Below, piece after piece: positions 38,801-49,394 of a DNA stretch of 64,000 bases. The notes under the pieces were generated by a model, which made no database searches, was not told the origin of the DNA, and saw nothing but the letters and a program-made list of their open reading frames with translations. Made by a program: the position numbers and the translations under genes. Source of the stretch: Dendrobates tinctorius (lineage: Eukaryota). The stretch covers positions 33,852,001 through 33,916,000 of the forward strand of contig NW_027361697.1 of the NCBI RefSeq assembly GCF_039654945.1, given 5' to 3'. Numbering within the stretch: position 1 is the stretch's first letter; each line of letters begins with the position of its first letter.

Positions 38801-41800
38801 GCCAGCTGTCCTCCCACCTGTACACATGGACCATGTCTAATAACAGCAGAATGACGAGATGTCAGAAGAATGCAGGCTGCCAGCTGTCCACCCACCTGTA
38901 CACATGGACCATGTCTAATAACAGCAAAATGACGAGATGCCAGCATAATGCAGACTGCCAGCTGTCCACCCACCTGTACACATGGACCATGTCTAATAAC
39001 AGCTGAACAACGATGTCAGCAGAATGCAGGCTGCCATCTGCATCCCAGCTGTACAAATGCACCATATCTAACAGCAGAATAACAAAATGTCAGTAGAATT
39101 CAGGCTGCCAGCTGTCCTCCCACCTGTACACATGCACCATATCTAATAACAGCTGAATAACAAGATGTCAGCAGAATGCAAGCTGCCAGCTGTCCTCCCA
39201 CCTGTACACATGGACCATGTCTAATAACAGCTGAATAACGATGTCAGCAGAATGCAGGCTGCCAGCTGTCCTCCCACCTGTACACATGCACCATATCTAA
39301 TAACAGCTGAATAACAAGATGTCAGCAGGATGCAGGCTGCCAGCTGTCCTCCCACCTGTACACATGGACCATGTCTAATAACAGCTGAATAACAAGATGT
39401 CAGCAGAATGCAAGCTGCCAGCTGTCCTCCCACCTGTACACATGGACCATGTCTAATAACAGCTGAATAACGATGTCAGCAGAATGCAGGCTGCCATCTG
39501 CATCCCAGCTGTACAAATGCACCATATCTAATAACAGCTGAATAACAAGATGTCAGCAGAATGCAAGCTGCCAGCTGTCCTCCCACCTGTACACATGCAC
39601 CATATCTAATAACAGCTGAATAACAAGATGTCAGCAGAATGCAGGCTGCCAGCTGTCCTCCCACCTGTACACATGGACCATGTCTAATAACAGCAGAATG
39701 ACGAGATGTCAGAAGAATGCAGGCTGCCAGCTGTCCACCCACCTGTACACATGGACCATGTCTAATAACAGCTGAATAACGATGTCAGCAGAATGCAGGC
39801 TGCCATCTGCATCCCAGCTGTACAAATGCACCATATCTAACAGCAGAATAACAAAATGTCAGTAGAATTCAGGCTGCCAGCTGTCCTCCCACCTGTACAC
39901 ATGCACCATATCTAATAACAGCTGAATAACAAGATGTCAGCAGAATGCAAGCTGCCAGCTGTCCTCCCACCTGTACACATGGACCATGTCTAATAACAGC
40001 TGAATAACGATGTCAGCAGAATGCAGGCTGCCAGCTGTCCTCCCACCTGTACACATGCACCATATCTAATAACAGCTGAATAACAAGATGTCAGCAGGAT
40101 GCAGGCTGCCAGCTGTCCTCCCACCTGTACACATGGACCATGTCTAATAACAGCTGAATAACAAGATGTCAGCAGAATGCAAGCTGCCAGCTGTCCTCCC
40201 ACCTGTACACATGGACCATGTCTAATAACAGCTGAATAACAAGATGTCAGCAGAATGCAAGCTGCCAGCTGTCCTCCCACCTGTACACATGGACCATGTC
40301 TAATAACAGCTGAATAACGATGTCAGCAGAATGCAGGCTGCCATCTGCATCCCAGCTGTACAAATGCACCATATCTAATAACAGCTGAATAACAAGATGT
40401 CAGCAGAATGCAAGCTGCCAGCTGTCCTCCCACCTGTACACATGCACCATATCTAATAACAGCTGAATAACAAGATGTCAGCAGAATGCAGGCTGCCAGC
40501 TGTCCTCCCACCTGTACACATGGACCATGTCTAATAACAGCAGAATGACGAGATGTCAGAAGAATGCAGGCTGCCAGCTGTCCTCCCAGATGTACCATAT
40601 CTAATACCAGACCAATGCCCAAACCCCATAACCTCCCTATCTAACATCACTGAAGTGGAGCTTACTTGTATCCTCTCCAAATCGCACCTCACAACCTGTG
40701 CACTCGACCCCATCCCACCTCCTCCCCAACTTCAACACCACACTTATCCCATCCCTAACCCACCTCTTCAACCTATCACTAACATCTGGTACCTTTCCTT
40801 CTGCTTTCAAACATGCCACAATCACGCCTATCCTCAAAATGCCAACCCTCGACCCAACCGCTATGTCCAGCTATCTCCCAATATCACTGCTCCCATTCGC
40901 TTGCAAACTACTGGAGCAGCACGTCCACGCTGAACTTTCCTTCCACTTCTCATCTAACCTGCTCTTTGACAACTTACAATCTGATTTCTGCCCCCATCAC
41001 TCCACTGAGACAGCCCTGACCAAAATTACTAACGACATACTTACCGCCAAAGCTTATGGACAATACTCTATACTCCTCCTTCTAGACCTGTCCTCTGCTT
41101 TCGACACAGTTGACCACTGCCTCCTACTACAGATCCTCTCCTCCTTTGGCATCAAAGACTTTGCCCTATCCTGGCTCTCCTCATACCTTTCCAACCGCAC
41201 ATTCAGTGTCTCCCACTCCCACACCACCTCCTCATCCCACCCTCTCTCTGTTGGGAGTCCTCCAAGGCTCTGTTCTAGGACCCCTACTCTTCTCAATCTA
41301 CACACTTGGTCTGGGGCAACTCAAAAAGTCCCACAGATTCCAGTACCACCTTTATGCTGATGACACTCAGATCTACCTCTCTGGCCCAGACGTCACCTCT
41401 CTGCTGTCCAAAATCCCAGAGTGTCTATCAGCCATATCCTCCTTCTTCTCCTCTTACTTCCTCAAACTCAATGTGGACAAAACTGAACTCATCATCTTTC
41501 CTACATCTCACAGATCTTCCTTACCTGACCTATCACAATTAACGACATCACGCTTTCCCCCGTACTGGAAGTCCGCTGCCTCGGAGTAACCTTTGACTCT
41601 GCCCTGTCCTTCAAATCGCACATCCAAGCTCTCTCCACCTCCTGTCGCCTCCAGCTCAAAAATATTTCCAGAATCCGTCCTTTCCTCAACCCGCAATCTA
41701 CTAAAATGCTTGTGCATGCCCTCATCATCTCCCGCCTCGACTACTGCAACATCCTTTTCTGTGGTCTACCTGCTAACACCCTAGCATCTCTCCAGTCCAT

Positions 41801-42735
41801 CCTTAACTCTGCCGCCCGACTAATTCATCTCTCTCCTCGCTACTCCTCCGCCTCTCCCCTCTGCAAATCTCCTCACTGGCTCCCATTCCCTCAGCGTATC
41901 CAGTTCAAATTACTAATACTGACCTACAAGGCCATCTATAACCTGTCTCCCCCATATATTTTTGAACTAATCTCCGGTCCTCCCAAGACCTCCTTCTCTC
42001 CTCCACACTTATTCGCTCCTCACCCAACCGCCTCCAAGACTTCTCCCGCCTATTCTCTGGAATTCTTTGCCCCAACACGTCCGACTATCAACCACACTCA
42101 GATCCTTCAGACGGAACCTGAAAACCCACCTCTTCATGAAAGCCTACAGCCCGCAATGATCCCCACTGCCTCCTCTCCACTACCGGTGATATCACCTCAA
42201 CCAACACCGGAACTGCTGCAACCCCCCAACCTACTGTCTCCTTCTCCACCATCCTGTAGCATGTAAGCCCGAAAGGGCAGGGTCCTCTCCCCTCTGTATC
42301 AGTCTGTCATTGTTAGTTTGTTTACTGTAAGTGATATCTGTAATTTGTATGTAACCCCTTCTCATGTACAGCACCATGGAATCAATGGCGCTATATAAAT
42401 AAATAATAACGAGACATCAGCAGAATGCAGGCTGCCACCCGTCTTCCCAGCAGGTGCATAGACACTGATTCTGGTCTTTTGTACATTCACACTCAGGTCT
42501 GCAGAATATCACTAGTAGCTCCCCCACAGCAGCACACACGTGAGCAACGGGGAGCGCGGCCAGGAGAGGGCGCTAGCCTCACCTTATCCTTCGGCTTAAT
42601 GTACTTGTGCAGCACAGCGCACAGCTCCAGGTAGCCTCCGTACCACTCGAACGCCCGCTCCCCCCGGCGCCTGAAGAACTGCTCCCAGTACTGGCCGGAG
42701 GAGAACTCCTTACTGCTCCTCGGTAACAGGTTCAT
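26547..42735 (-). CDS. METTL13: eEF1A lysine and N-terminal methyltransferase, complete 8-exon gene, 694 aa
   Basis: Exons 42735-42583, 37829-37076, 34300-34101, 33428-33233, 32452-32291, 30856-30644, 28954-28823 and 26821-26547 all have GT-AG borders and consistent phases, summing to 2085 nt. Two SAM-binding motifs ([16 protein letters not shown]) and the N-terminus [11 protein letters not shown] are typical of METTL13. Confidence 0.97.
27012..27421. mobile_element. Non-coding Penelope-like insertion in METTL13 intron 7: ~150-bp inverted arms with hammerhead motifs
   Basis: 15-bp direct repeat ccattcactattagg at 26997-27011 and 27422-27436; near-perfect inverted repeat 27102-27421; AATAAA on both arms. 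Confidence 0.8.
27214..27256 (-). ncRNA. Minimal hammerhead motif with A3-U8 core on the METTL13 sense strand; mirror copy 27269-27307 on plus
   Basis: cagaac ATGATTA a GAC ctgaggc GTC GAAA CGCG TT gttctg, with a 6-bp stem I and 3-bp stem II. Confidence 0.6.
27435..27504. mobile_element. 70-bp miniature Harbinger-type MITE
   Basis: TTA TSD; gggcacattcagacgt ... acgtctgaatgcgccc. Confidence 0.75.
28823..28954 (-). CDS. METTL13: METTL13 exon 7 (132 nt)
   Basis: [26 protein letters not shown]; ag/gtaaag borders. Confidence 0.95.
29701..29876. mobile_element. Harbinger-type MITE
   Basis: tta-ggcc...gttcagtatt ... aatactgaacatggcc-taa; palindromic interior. Confidence 0.6.
30644..30856 (-). CDS. 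METTL13: METTL13 exon 6 (213 nt)
   Basis: [10 protein letters not shown]...[17 protein letters not shown]...ADGL; tttgcag/gtaag borders. Confidence 0.95.
31140..32110 (-). mobile_element. Penelope-like pseudo-LTR remnant in METTL13 intron 5 (ends approximate)
   Basis: Hammerhead-like motif at 32093-32050, T-rich minus strand, AATAAA at 31170-31165, two internal related hairpins. Confidence 0.5.
32050..32093 (-). ncRNA. Degenerate minimal hammerhead motif
   Basis: GCCTC CCGATGA a CTCC gtgctta GGAG GAAAA CGCG TT GAGGC; U4->C change and an extra A. Confidence 0.5.
32291..32452 (-). CDS. METTL13: METTL13 exon 5 (162 nt)
   Basis: Basic patch [10 protein letters not shown], then [17 protein letters not shown]; ag/gt borders. 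Confidence 0.93.
33233..33428 (-). CDS. METTL13: METTL13 exon 4 (196 nt), absent from the ORF track
   Basis: Manual translation [59 protein letters not shown]; ttttacacag acceptor, gtaaga donor. Confidence 0.95.
34101..34300 (-). CDS. METTL13: METTL13 exon 3 (200 nt)
   Basis: (I)[11 protein letters not shown]...[13 protein letters not shown] with ag/gtaag borders. Confidence 0.95.
34502..34895. mobile_element. Harbinger-type MITE
   Basis: ggccccatcacacacagcgat ... atcgttgcgtgtaacggggcc-taa. Confidence 0.7.
34900..37030. mobile_element. Old Tc1 transposase fragments in METTL13 intron 2 (minus ~34900-35200; plus ~35990-36810)
   Basis: Degenerate VKHGG..MLWG, QNNEPKH and [10 protein letters not shown] motifs with stops and frameshifts. 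Confidence 0.65.
37076..37829 (-). CDS. METTL13: METTL13 exon 2 (754 nt)
   Basis: ttcttgcag|[13 protein letters not shown]...DKGTLDA...HFAIFI, donor gtgagt. Confidence 0.96.
38705..40606. repeat. Minisatellite with ~76-78-bp unit, about 24 copies, in METTL13 intron 1
   Basis: Unit gatgtcagcagaatgcaggctgccagctgtcctcccacctgtacacatggaccatgtctaataacagctgaataacaa; diverged copies from ~38480 and after 42410. Confidence 0.95.
40607..42408 (+). mobile_element. 5'-truncated L2-clade LINE (RT, frameshifted), antisense to METTL13
   Basis: [47 protein letters not shown]; 3' end ...ggcgctatataaataaataataa. Confidence 0.92.
42583..42735 (-). CDS. METTL13: METTL13 exon 1 (153 nt coding)
   Basis: [21 protein letters not shown]...KYIKPKDK followed by donor AAG|gtgag. 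Confidence 0.96.
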
Positions 42736-42769
42736 GGTGCGGCTCTAGCTCATGGCTGTCACATGGGCA

Positions 42770-42890
42770 CCAGCACTTCCGGGTCACTGCATTCATTGAG
42801 GAAATGGAAAAGGCCTGAGCGGAAGCTCGTGTTCTGATTGGCCAGTAACTTGCCGGCGCAGCTTTTCATTGGACGGGGGGCGGGACTATG
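42770..42890 (-). promoter_or_regulatory. METTL13 proximal promoter (ETS, two CCAAT boxes, GC box)
   Basis: acttccggg at 42775, cggaag at ~42820, attgg at 42837 and 42868, gggggcggga at ~42876; CpG-rich and just upstream of the ATG. Confidence 0.7.
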
Positions 42891-42944
42891 ACTGGGTCTT
42901 GTCTTCCTCGTGTGACTGTGTTTATGTTGTGTGCGGTAGCTGCA

Positions 42945-44712
42945 GTAGTGATCGGTGGCACGGCAGTGTGTGAGTGGCAGTGATCGGCGGCAGTGTGTGA
43001 GTGGCAGTGATCGGCGGCAGTGTGTGAGTGGCAGTGATCGGCGGCAGTGTGTGAGTGGCAGTGGTCGGCGGCAGTGTGTGAGTGGCAGTGGTCGGCGGCA
43101 GTGTGTGAGTGGCAGTGATTGGCGGCAGTGTGTGAGTGGCAGTGGTCGGCGGCAGTGTGTGAGTGGCAGTGGTCGGCGGCAGTGTGTGAGTGGCAGTGGT
43201 CGGCGGCAGTGTGTGAGTGGCAGTGGTCGGCGGCAGTGTGTGAGTGGCAGTGATCGGCGGCAGTGTGTGAGTGGCAGTGGTCGGCGGCAGTGTGTGAGTG
43301 GCAGTGATCGGCGGCAGTGTGTGAGTGGCAGTGATCGGCGGCAGTGTGTGAGTGGCAGTGGTCGGCGGCAGTGTGTGAGTGGCAGTGATCGGCGGCAGTG
43401 TGTGAGTGGCAGTGAACGGCGGTGTGTATTTGGGCCCTTTGTGAGTGGCAGTGATCGGCGGCAGTGTGTGAGTGGCAGTGGTCGGCGGCAGTGTGTGAGT
43501 GGCAGTGATCGGCGGCAGTGTGTGAGTGGCAGTGATCGGCGGCAGTGTGTGAGTGGCAGTGATCGGCGGCAGTGTGTGAGTGGCAGTGGTCGGCGGCAGT
43601 GTGAGTGGCAGTGGTCGGCGGCAGTGTGTGAGTGGCAGTGATCGGCGGCAGTGTGTGAGTGGCAGTGGTCGGCGGCAGTGTGTGAGTGGCAGTGGTCGGC
43701 GGCAGTGTGTGAGTGGCAGTGGTCGGCGGCAGTGTGTGAGTGGCAGTGATCGGCGGCAGTGTGTGAGTGGCAGTGATCGGCGGCAGTGTGTGAGTGGCAG
43801 TGATCGGCGGCAGTGTGTGAGTGGCAGTGGTCGGCGGCAGTGTGTGAGTGGCAGTGATCGGCGGCAGTGTGTGAGTGGCAGTGGTCGGCGGCAGTGTGTG
43901 AGTGGCAGTGATCGGCGGCAGTGTGTGAGTGGCAGTGATCGGCGGCAGTGTGTGAGTGGCAGTGGTCGGCGGCAGTGTGTGAGTGGCAGTGATCGGCGGC
44001 AGTGTGTGAGTGGCAGTGATCGGCGGCAGTGTGTGAGTGGCAGTGGTCGGCGGCAGTGTGTGAGTGGCAGTGATCGGCGGCAGTGTGTGAGTGGCAGTGA
44101 ACGGCGGTGTGTATTTGGGCCCTTTGTGAGTGGCAGTGATCGGCGGCAGTGTGTGAGTGGCAGTGGTCGGCGGCAGTGTGTGAGTGGCAGTGTGTGAGTG
44201 GCAGTGATCGGCGGCAGTGTGTGAGTGGCAGTGATCGGCGGCAGTGTGTGAGTGGCAGTGGTCGGCGGCAGTGTGTGAGTGGCAGTGGTCGGCGGCAGTG
44301 TGTGAGTGGCAGTGATCGGCGGCAGTGTGTGAGTGACAGTGGTCGGCGGCAGTGTGTGAGTGGCAGTGGTCGGCGGCAGTGTGTGAGTGGCAGTGGTCGG
44401 CGGCAGTGTGTGAGTGGCAGTGGTCGGCGGCAGTGTGTGAGTGGCAGTGGTCGGCGGCAGTGTGTGAGTGGCAGTGATCGGCGGCAGTGTGTGAGTGGCA
44501 GTGGTCGGCGGCAGTGTGTGAGTGGCAGTGATCGGCGGCAGTGTGTGAGGCAGTGATCGGCGGCAGTGTGTGAGTGGCAGTGATCGGCGGCAGTGTGTGA
44601 GTGGCAGTGGTCGGCGGCAGTGTGTGAGTGGCAGTGATCGGCGGCAGTGTGTGAGTGGCAGTGATCGGCGGCAGTGTGTGAGTGGCAGTGGTCGGCGGCA
44701 GTGATCGGCGGC
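42945..44712. repeat. CpG-rich minisatellite with 27-bp unit, about 65 copies, between the METTL13 and ITPA starts
   Basis: Unit ggcagtgtgtgagtggcagtgRtcggc. Confidence 0.97.
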
Positions 44713-45044
44713 CACCACCATGGCAATAAATGTGTGTAACATGGATGTGTCAGGAGCCGCCGCCGCTCCGTGACAGTTGTGCCCACCACATGTGCCCACA
44801 TGGGAAAATTAGCAGCAAGTGGCCCATTGGAGGGCACAGACAGAGAGGGTCCCTGTGCAAAGACAATATTTGGGCCCTTTGCAGCCCAAGAGCTCCAAAA
44901 ATTGCACCTGCTTTGGGGGTAGAAATGGGCCCCCTTACCTCTGGGGCCCCTGTGTGGCTGCGCAGCCTGCACCAATGATATGTCCGCCCCTGTGTGGCCT
45001 CTTCATTGTTTGCCCCCATGCTGCTCCATCACACTGGGGTGTAA

Positions 45045-45362
45045 GGCCATGTGCACACGGTGCGGATCTGCAACGTTTCAGGATCTGTGGCTCCGCAGCA
45101 GATTTAGCTGCATTGTACAGTACCATTGTTTTCAATGGTAAACTGAAAAACGCTGTGCACATGCTGCGGATTTTGCTGCAGGTTCAAATCCATTGCATGG
45201 CAATTCTTTGTGCGGAATTCGCAGCGGTTTCACACCTCCATTGCAGTGGTGTGAAGCCACAGGGCTAAACCGCTGGTCTTTTGACCTGAGAATTTACCTG
45301 CGGATTTTTCCAAATCCGCGCGGAAAAATCCCCAGGACCTAAAACTACCTGTGCACATAGCC
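45045..45362. mobile_element. Harbinger-type MITE
   Basis: TAA TSD; ggccatgtgcacacgg ... cctgtgcacatagcc. Confidence 0.8.
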
Positions 45363-45409
45363 TAAGGGGTGTAAGCTGTCTGCTTTATGGGGAAGCTTAG
45401 TATCTGCAA

Positions 45410-45535
45410 GGGCAGGCGGGAGCCCGCCGTGCACTCCGGTGACCAAGTCCTATCCTCTATCGGAAGCTCTCGTTACCTTGGAGACCCGCCTCCGCTGATA
45501 GACTGCAGAAGTGGTCGGTAACCTAGGCAACAAGC
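45410..45535. promoter_or_regulatory. Promoter-like cluster with two RFX X-box-like motifs, ETS and GC-box cores
   Basis: GTTACCTTGGAGAC 45472-45485, GTAACCTAGGCAAC 45518-45531, cggaag 45461, ggcggg 45415. Confidence 0.4.
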
Positions 45536-46439
45536 AGTACACAATAACAGAAGCAAAATCACCCCATCCTTAAGAGATGAGGAGTTTGAATCACAATTGC
45601 TCATTTTTACAAGAACTTTGCAATGGTATCCATCGGTGATGATGAGAATAATCCTTCCCAATGCCGTAAGAGTCCGGCCATCACTGGTACAAGCACATGG
45701 GTAAATGATCAAATGTGAATGCGGCAATCACCGGGTGTAAGATATTGGGGGAAAGAGGGGTCCGGGGCGTTATCATCTCCAATGTGGTCTTACTGGAGGG
45801 AATCAGCTGCCGGGGGGCCGCGACCCCTGCCGACAATCGGCGGCTGCTTCCTTCTCCCCTCCCACGGACGGATCACATACATCCGGAGATAGTGAAAAAA
45901 AGAAGCAGCTCTCGCTTCCTCCAGATGTATGCGATATATCCGAAGGTGCGGAGAGTGATTGGCCGCTGGGATTGCATGACATAACAACGTCAAGGGATCC
46001 CCAGTGCCGACACTGCTGGAATCGGGCCCGCTAGAGAGGAGTATAGTACAAAAATAAGTGAACACATCAAGTAGACTTAAAAAAAAGGTACAAATGGAAA
46101 GGTGGAAAAAAGAAGGGCACGAGACACCAAAACCTCGACAAAAAACAGACGCAAATGCAATAATGAATGAAACTGATCCGTTACAGACAGAAAACAAAGT
46201 GTCTTTTTATAGATGGATCAAAATGGAAATTTGGGTTTACGTTTTTCATCTGTTTTTGCGCCGTTATTTTAATACTGGATTCACTAAACAGATGACGACT
46301 GGACGTGCGAACAGAAGTCTGCGGCTGACAGCTTCTTATGACATGAACACAGCGACATCTAGTGGCAGCTCAGGCTCATGGCACGGTGGTTCTGTGTGGT
46401 GACAATCACTTCCAGGTCGTGGTAGTCATGGGCTATTGG

Positions 46440-46496
46440 TGGTGGGGTTTGGGGCGGGGGCGGCCTTTCCGTCTGCTGTCCATGTGAAGTGTGGAG
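46440..46496 (+). promoter_or_regulatory. ITPA proximal GC box / 5' leader
   Basis: ggggcgggggcgg at 46451-46463, about 35 nt before the ITPA ATG. Confidence 0.5.
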
Positions 46497-46559
46497 ATGG
46501 CTGCAGTGACTGTCAGGAGTGTGGTGTTTGTGACGGGCAATGCCAAGAAGCTGGAGGAG
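46497..46559 (+). CDS. ITPA: Inosine triphosphate pyrophosphatase, coding exon 1 (absent from the ORF track)
   Basis: MAAVTVRSVVFVTGNAKKLEE contains the HAM1/ITPase TGNxxK motif; gagATGg Kozak context; donor GAG|gtac. Confidence 0.93.
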
Positions 46560-47391
46560 GTACAAAGGGTTGTTATTAGAAAGGCATGGGCTGCTGCAAG
46601 CTTACACCATCACTTTCTGATCAGAGGGGCTGAGCTTGTCATGATAGGTTGCTGACCACTGGGACCCCCACCAAGCACTAGTTGGGGTGTCCTGGGTCCA
46701 GCATTTGGATGGAACAGCAGTCAAGTGCACTCATGTAAAAGTTTTTCGAGCTGACGGCGATAACCGAGAGCTTTCACTTCATAGACCCTAAAAAGAGTGG
46801 CGGTATGTGATTGACGCCGCTTCCATTCACAGGGGGACACAGGACCTCCTTAATCATGTCTGGTGGAGCCCCAGTGATCGGCGATAAGTTGTGCTGTTGG
46901 TAAAACTTCTTACTCTACTTAAAGGGGTTGTCCAGTCTTCCATTGAATGCTGCAATCGCTCTACTTTACTGCAGACGTCCAAATCATCACAGTGTGCGCA
47001 CCGCCTGCTGTCAGGATTCTCCGGGCGGTCATGTGACTGAAAATATGCAATTAGCAAACATCTGGCCACAGTCCAACTAGACGGTCACTTGTAATGAGTG
47101 AGGCCGCTCACGTCTAGTCGGCCTGCTGCGTTCACACTTTTGTATTTTTTCTCGGACATTACATAGAGTGTCACCATCCATACCCAAGTTGGTGTTAAAA
47201 AATGGATCCGTGTCTCTGGTCTGTGAGACTTCAAGTACGTCTTGTTCTCATCTGTCTTACAGGTCATATTTGGCCGTTAACTCCTTCGCGTCTTGAGGAT
47301 GTGAATTAACATCCTGGGAAGAGGTCCGCAGGTGTGGAGGGAGGCTCAAGAGCAGAGTTCCCTCCCCGCATAGAAGATACCGGCTGTATTA

Positions 47392-47824
47392 GGCTGCTTT
47401 CACACATCCGGTGTCGGGTGCGGCGGCAAGCCGTACCGCCGGATCAGGCCTGCTGCGGTGACACCGGATTCAGATGCGGCGCCTGATCCGGTTTGAAAGC
47501 ATTTAAAGGAGCCGCACCGGGGACGAGAGAGGCAGCAGTATGCGGGGGGGGGAATAGAGATACACGCGCGCTCGCCGGGCACTTGTGGGTTAAACCTCAC
47601 AGTGTCCACTCATGCGCTGTTGAAAAAGCCGTTCCGTTGCAGGCAACGTTTTTTTGCTGACGCCGGACGGCGCAGATTTTACGCTTCTGGCTAAAAACGG
47701 AGGCGCCGCATGTCCATCTGGCACGATGCGGCGATCATTAAATTCTATGTGCCAAAACCGGATCCAATTCCGGATCCGGTTTTCACACTTTTCGCCGCAT
47801 CGTGCCGGATGTGTGAAAGCAGCC
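47392..47824. mobile_element. Harbinger-type MITE
   Basis: TIR ggctgctttcacacatccgg; tta/taa flanks. Confidence 0.85.
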
Positions 47825-47827
47825 TAA

Positions 47828-48021
47828 GGCTGGAGTCACACTACAGCGAGAAACGGCCGAGTCTCGCAGGTTAAAACCAAGCTCTGGCCCGGCACTCCAG
47901 AGCAGAGCGTGCAGCTCCATGTATTGCTGTGCGGCTGCACGCTCCGCTCCAGAGTGCCGGCGCCAGAGCTTGGTTTTAACCTGCGAGACTCGGCCGTATC
48001 TCACTGTGTGTGATCCCGGCC
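47828..48021. mobile_element. Palindromic Harbinger-type MITE abutting the previous one
   Basis: TAA TSD; ggctggagtcacac ... gtgtgatcccggcc; near-full-length hairpin. Confidence 0.82.
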
Positions 48022-49394
48022 TAATACAGCCAGCACCTGTCTCTAACAGCCACGGCCAACGTTCCATCTGTGGCTGTTAACCATTTAAATACAGCTGGCA
48101 ATGTCTGACTGCGGCTTTTCAATGCACATGCCCCGGATCCCATGCGATGAAAACAATCTAAAATACAGAATTTTTTTTTTTTTTCATCATTTACATAGAA
48201 AAAAAAAATCGCAGCAAGTTTGATATCGGTGGTATAGGACTGACGCTTACAATCGTTGCCAGGTCATTTTTACCGCACAATGAACACCATACAAGCAAAA
48301 CTCCAAAAAACACAATGGCGAAATTGTATTTTTTTATTTCTCATATCTCTTGGGTTTTTCTGTCTTTTTTTTCAGTACATTATTTCATACAATACATATT
48401 GTTCTTTAAAAGTACAAGTTCTGCCTCAAAAACCATGCAGTATATTGTATAAAACGATATCGATATCGTACTGACCCAGAGAATAATGTGTGAACACGGT
48501 TAGTGCGGCCACGTGAAGAGAGGCATCTAAAAGTTTTGCTTTTTTGGCTAATAAGTTATATGTAGTCTGAAGTGGTGCCACCAACAAATACAACTCATCC
48601 CGCTCTGTTGATGGGATGTGACTGCTGACACCAAGCTGATTCCCAGCTGGATCCCTGCAGGTAGTCAGTCAGCATGACATCTGCATGCACGCCCAATCAA
48701 AAGAGCAAAGCAGAAGAAAAACCGCTGCTCTGTCGAGGTGACGTCAGCGGAGGCCACAGAATCATCACTGCTCTGTGCCAGCAGAGATCTGACACAACGG
48801 GCAAGCAGTTGGTTGCCTGTTCTAAGGCACATTGTAAAAAAAGATCGTCCTGGATAACCCCTTTAAGTGGTTAAAGCTTACCCACTATACAATTCAGCTG
48901 CAGTACCCCCGCACAGTGGCTGACCGAATGCAGGTATTTTTGACTAAAAATCGTGTTTATAATTGGGTTTCATTAAAATGTTGTACCATTTGCCTACTAT
49001 AACCTCTGTGTAGCACTGTCTATTGCTGACTGCAGTATGAGCTAACTAAGAATCCATCAGTGAGCTTGTTCTGGCTGTCCATTGGAAGAGATTGTTACTG
49101 TTTTATCACTTTTGAGTTACTCTCAGCTAATTTATGACCACAGTCTACATCAAAGTTGGCTGTGCCGTCACAAACAGAGCATGGAAAACCAAACTGTAAA
49201 AAAAATTTAATGAAAAGAAATCAGAAAAATAATTTTTTTTAGTTCTAAATACATGTCTTTAAGGAAAAGAAAAGTACACAGAGGTGGACAAGAGTCCAGA
49301 CAGTATATAGGTTGCCCTCTACCAAAGCAGGCACCGCTGGTGCTCTTCTACAGCATTACTAGATTCTTCTCTTACTATTGCGCTTGTCCATACT

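Noticed and set aside
42759-44975. 738-aa and 625-aa ORFs upstream of METTL13 (mucin-like or His-rich)
   Set aside because: Translations of the 27-bp minisatellite with frame-switching indels; not in frame with METTL13 and no splice evidence.
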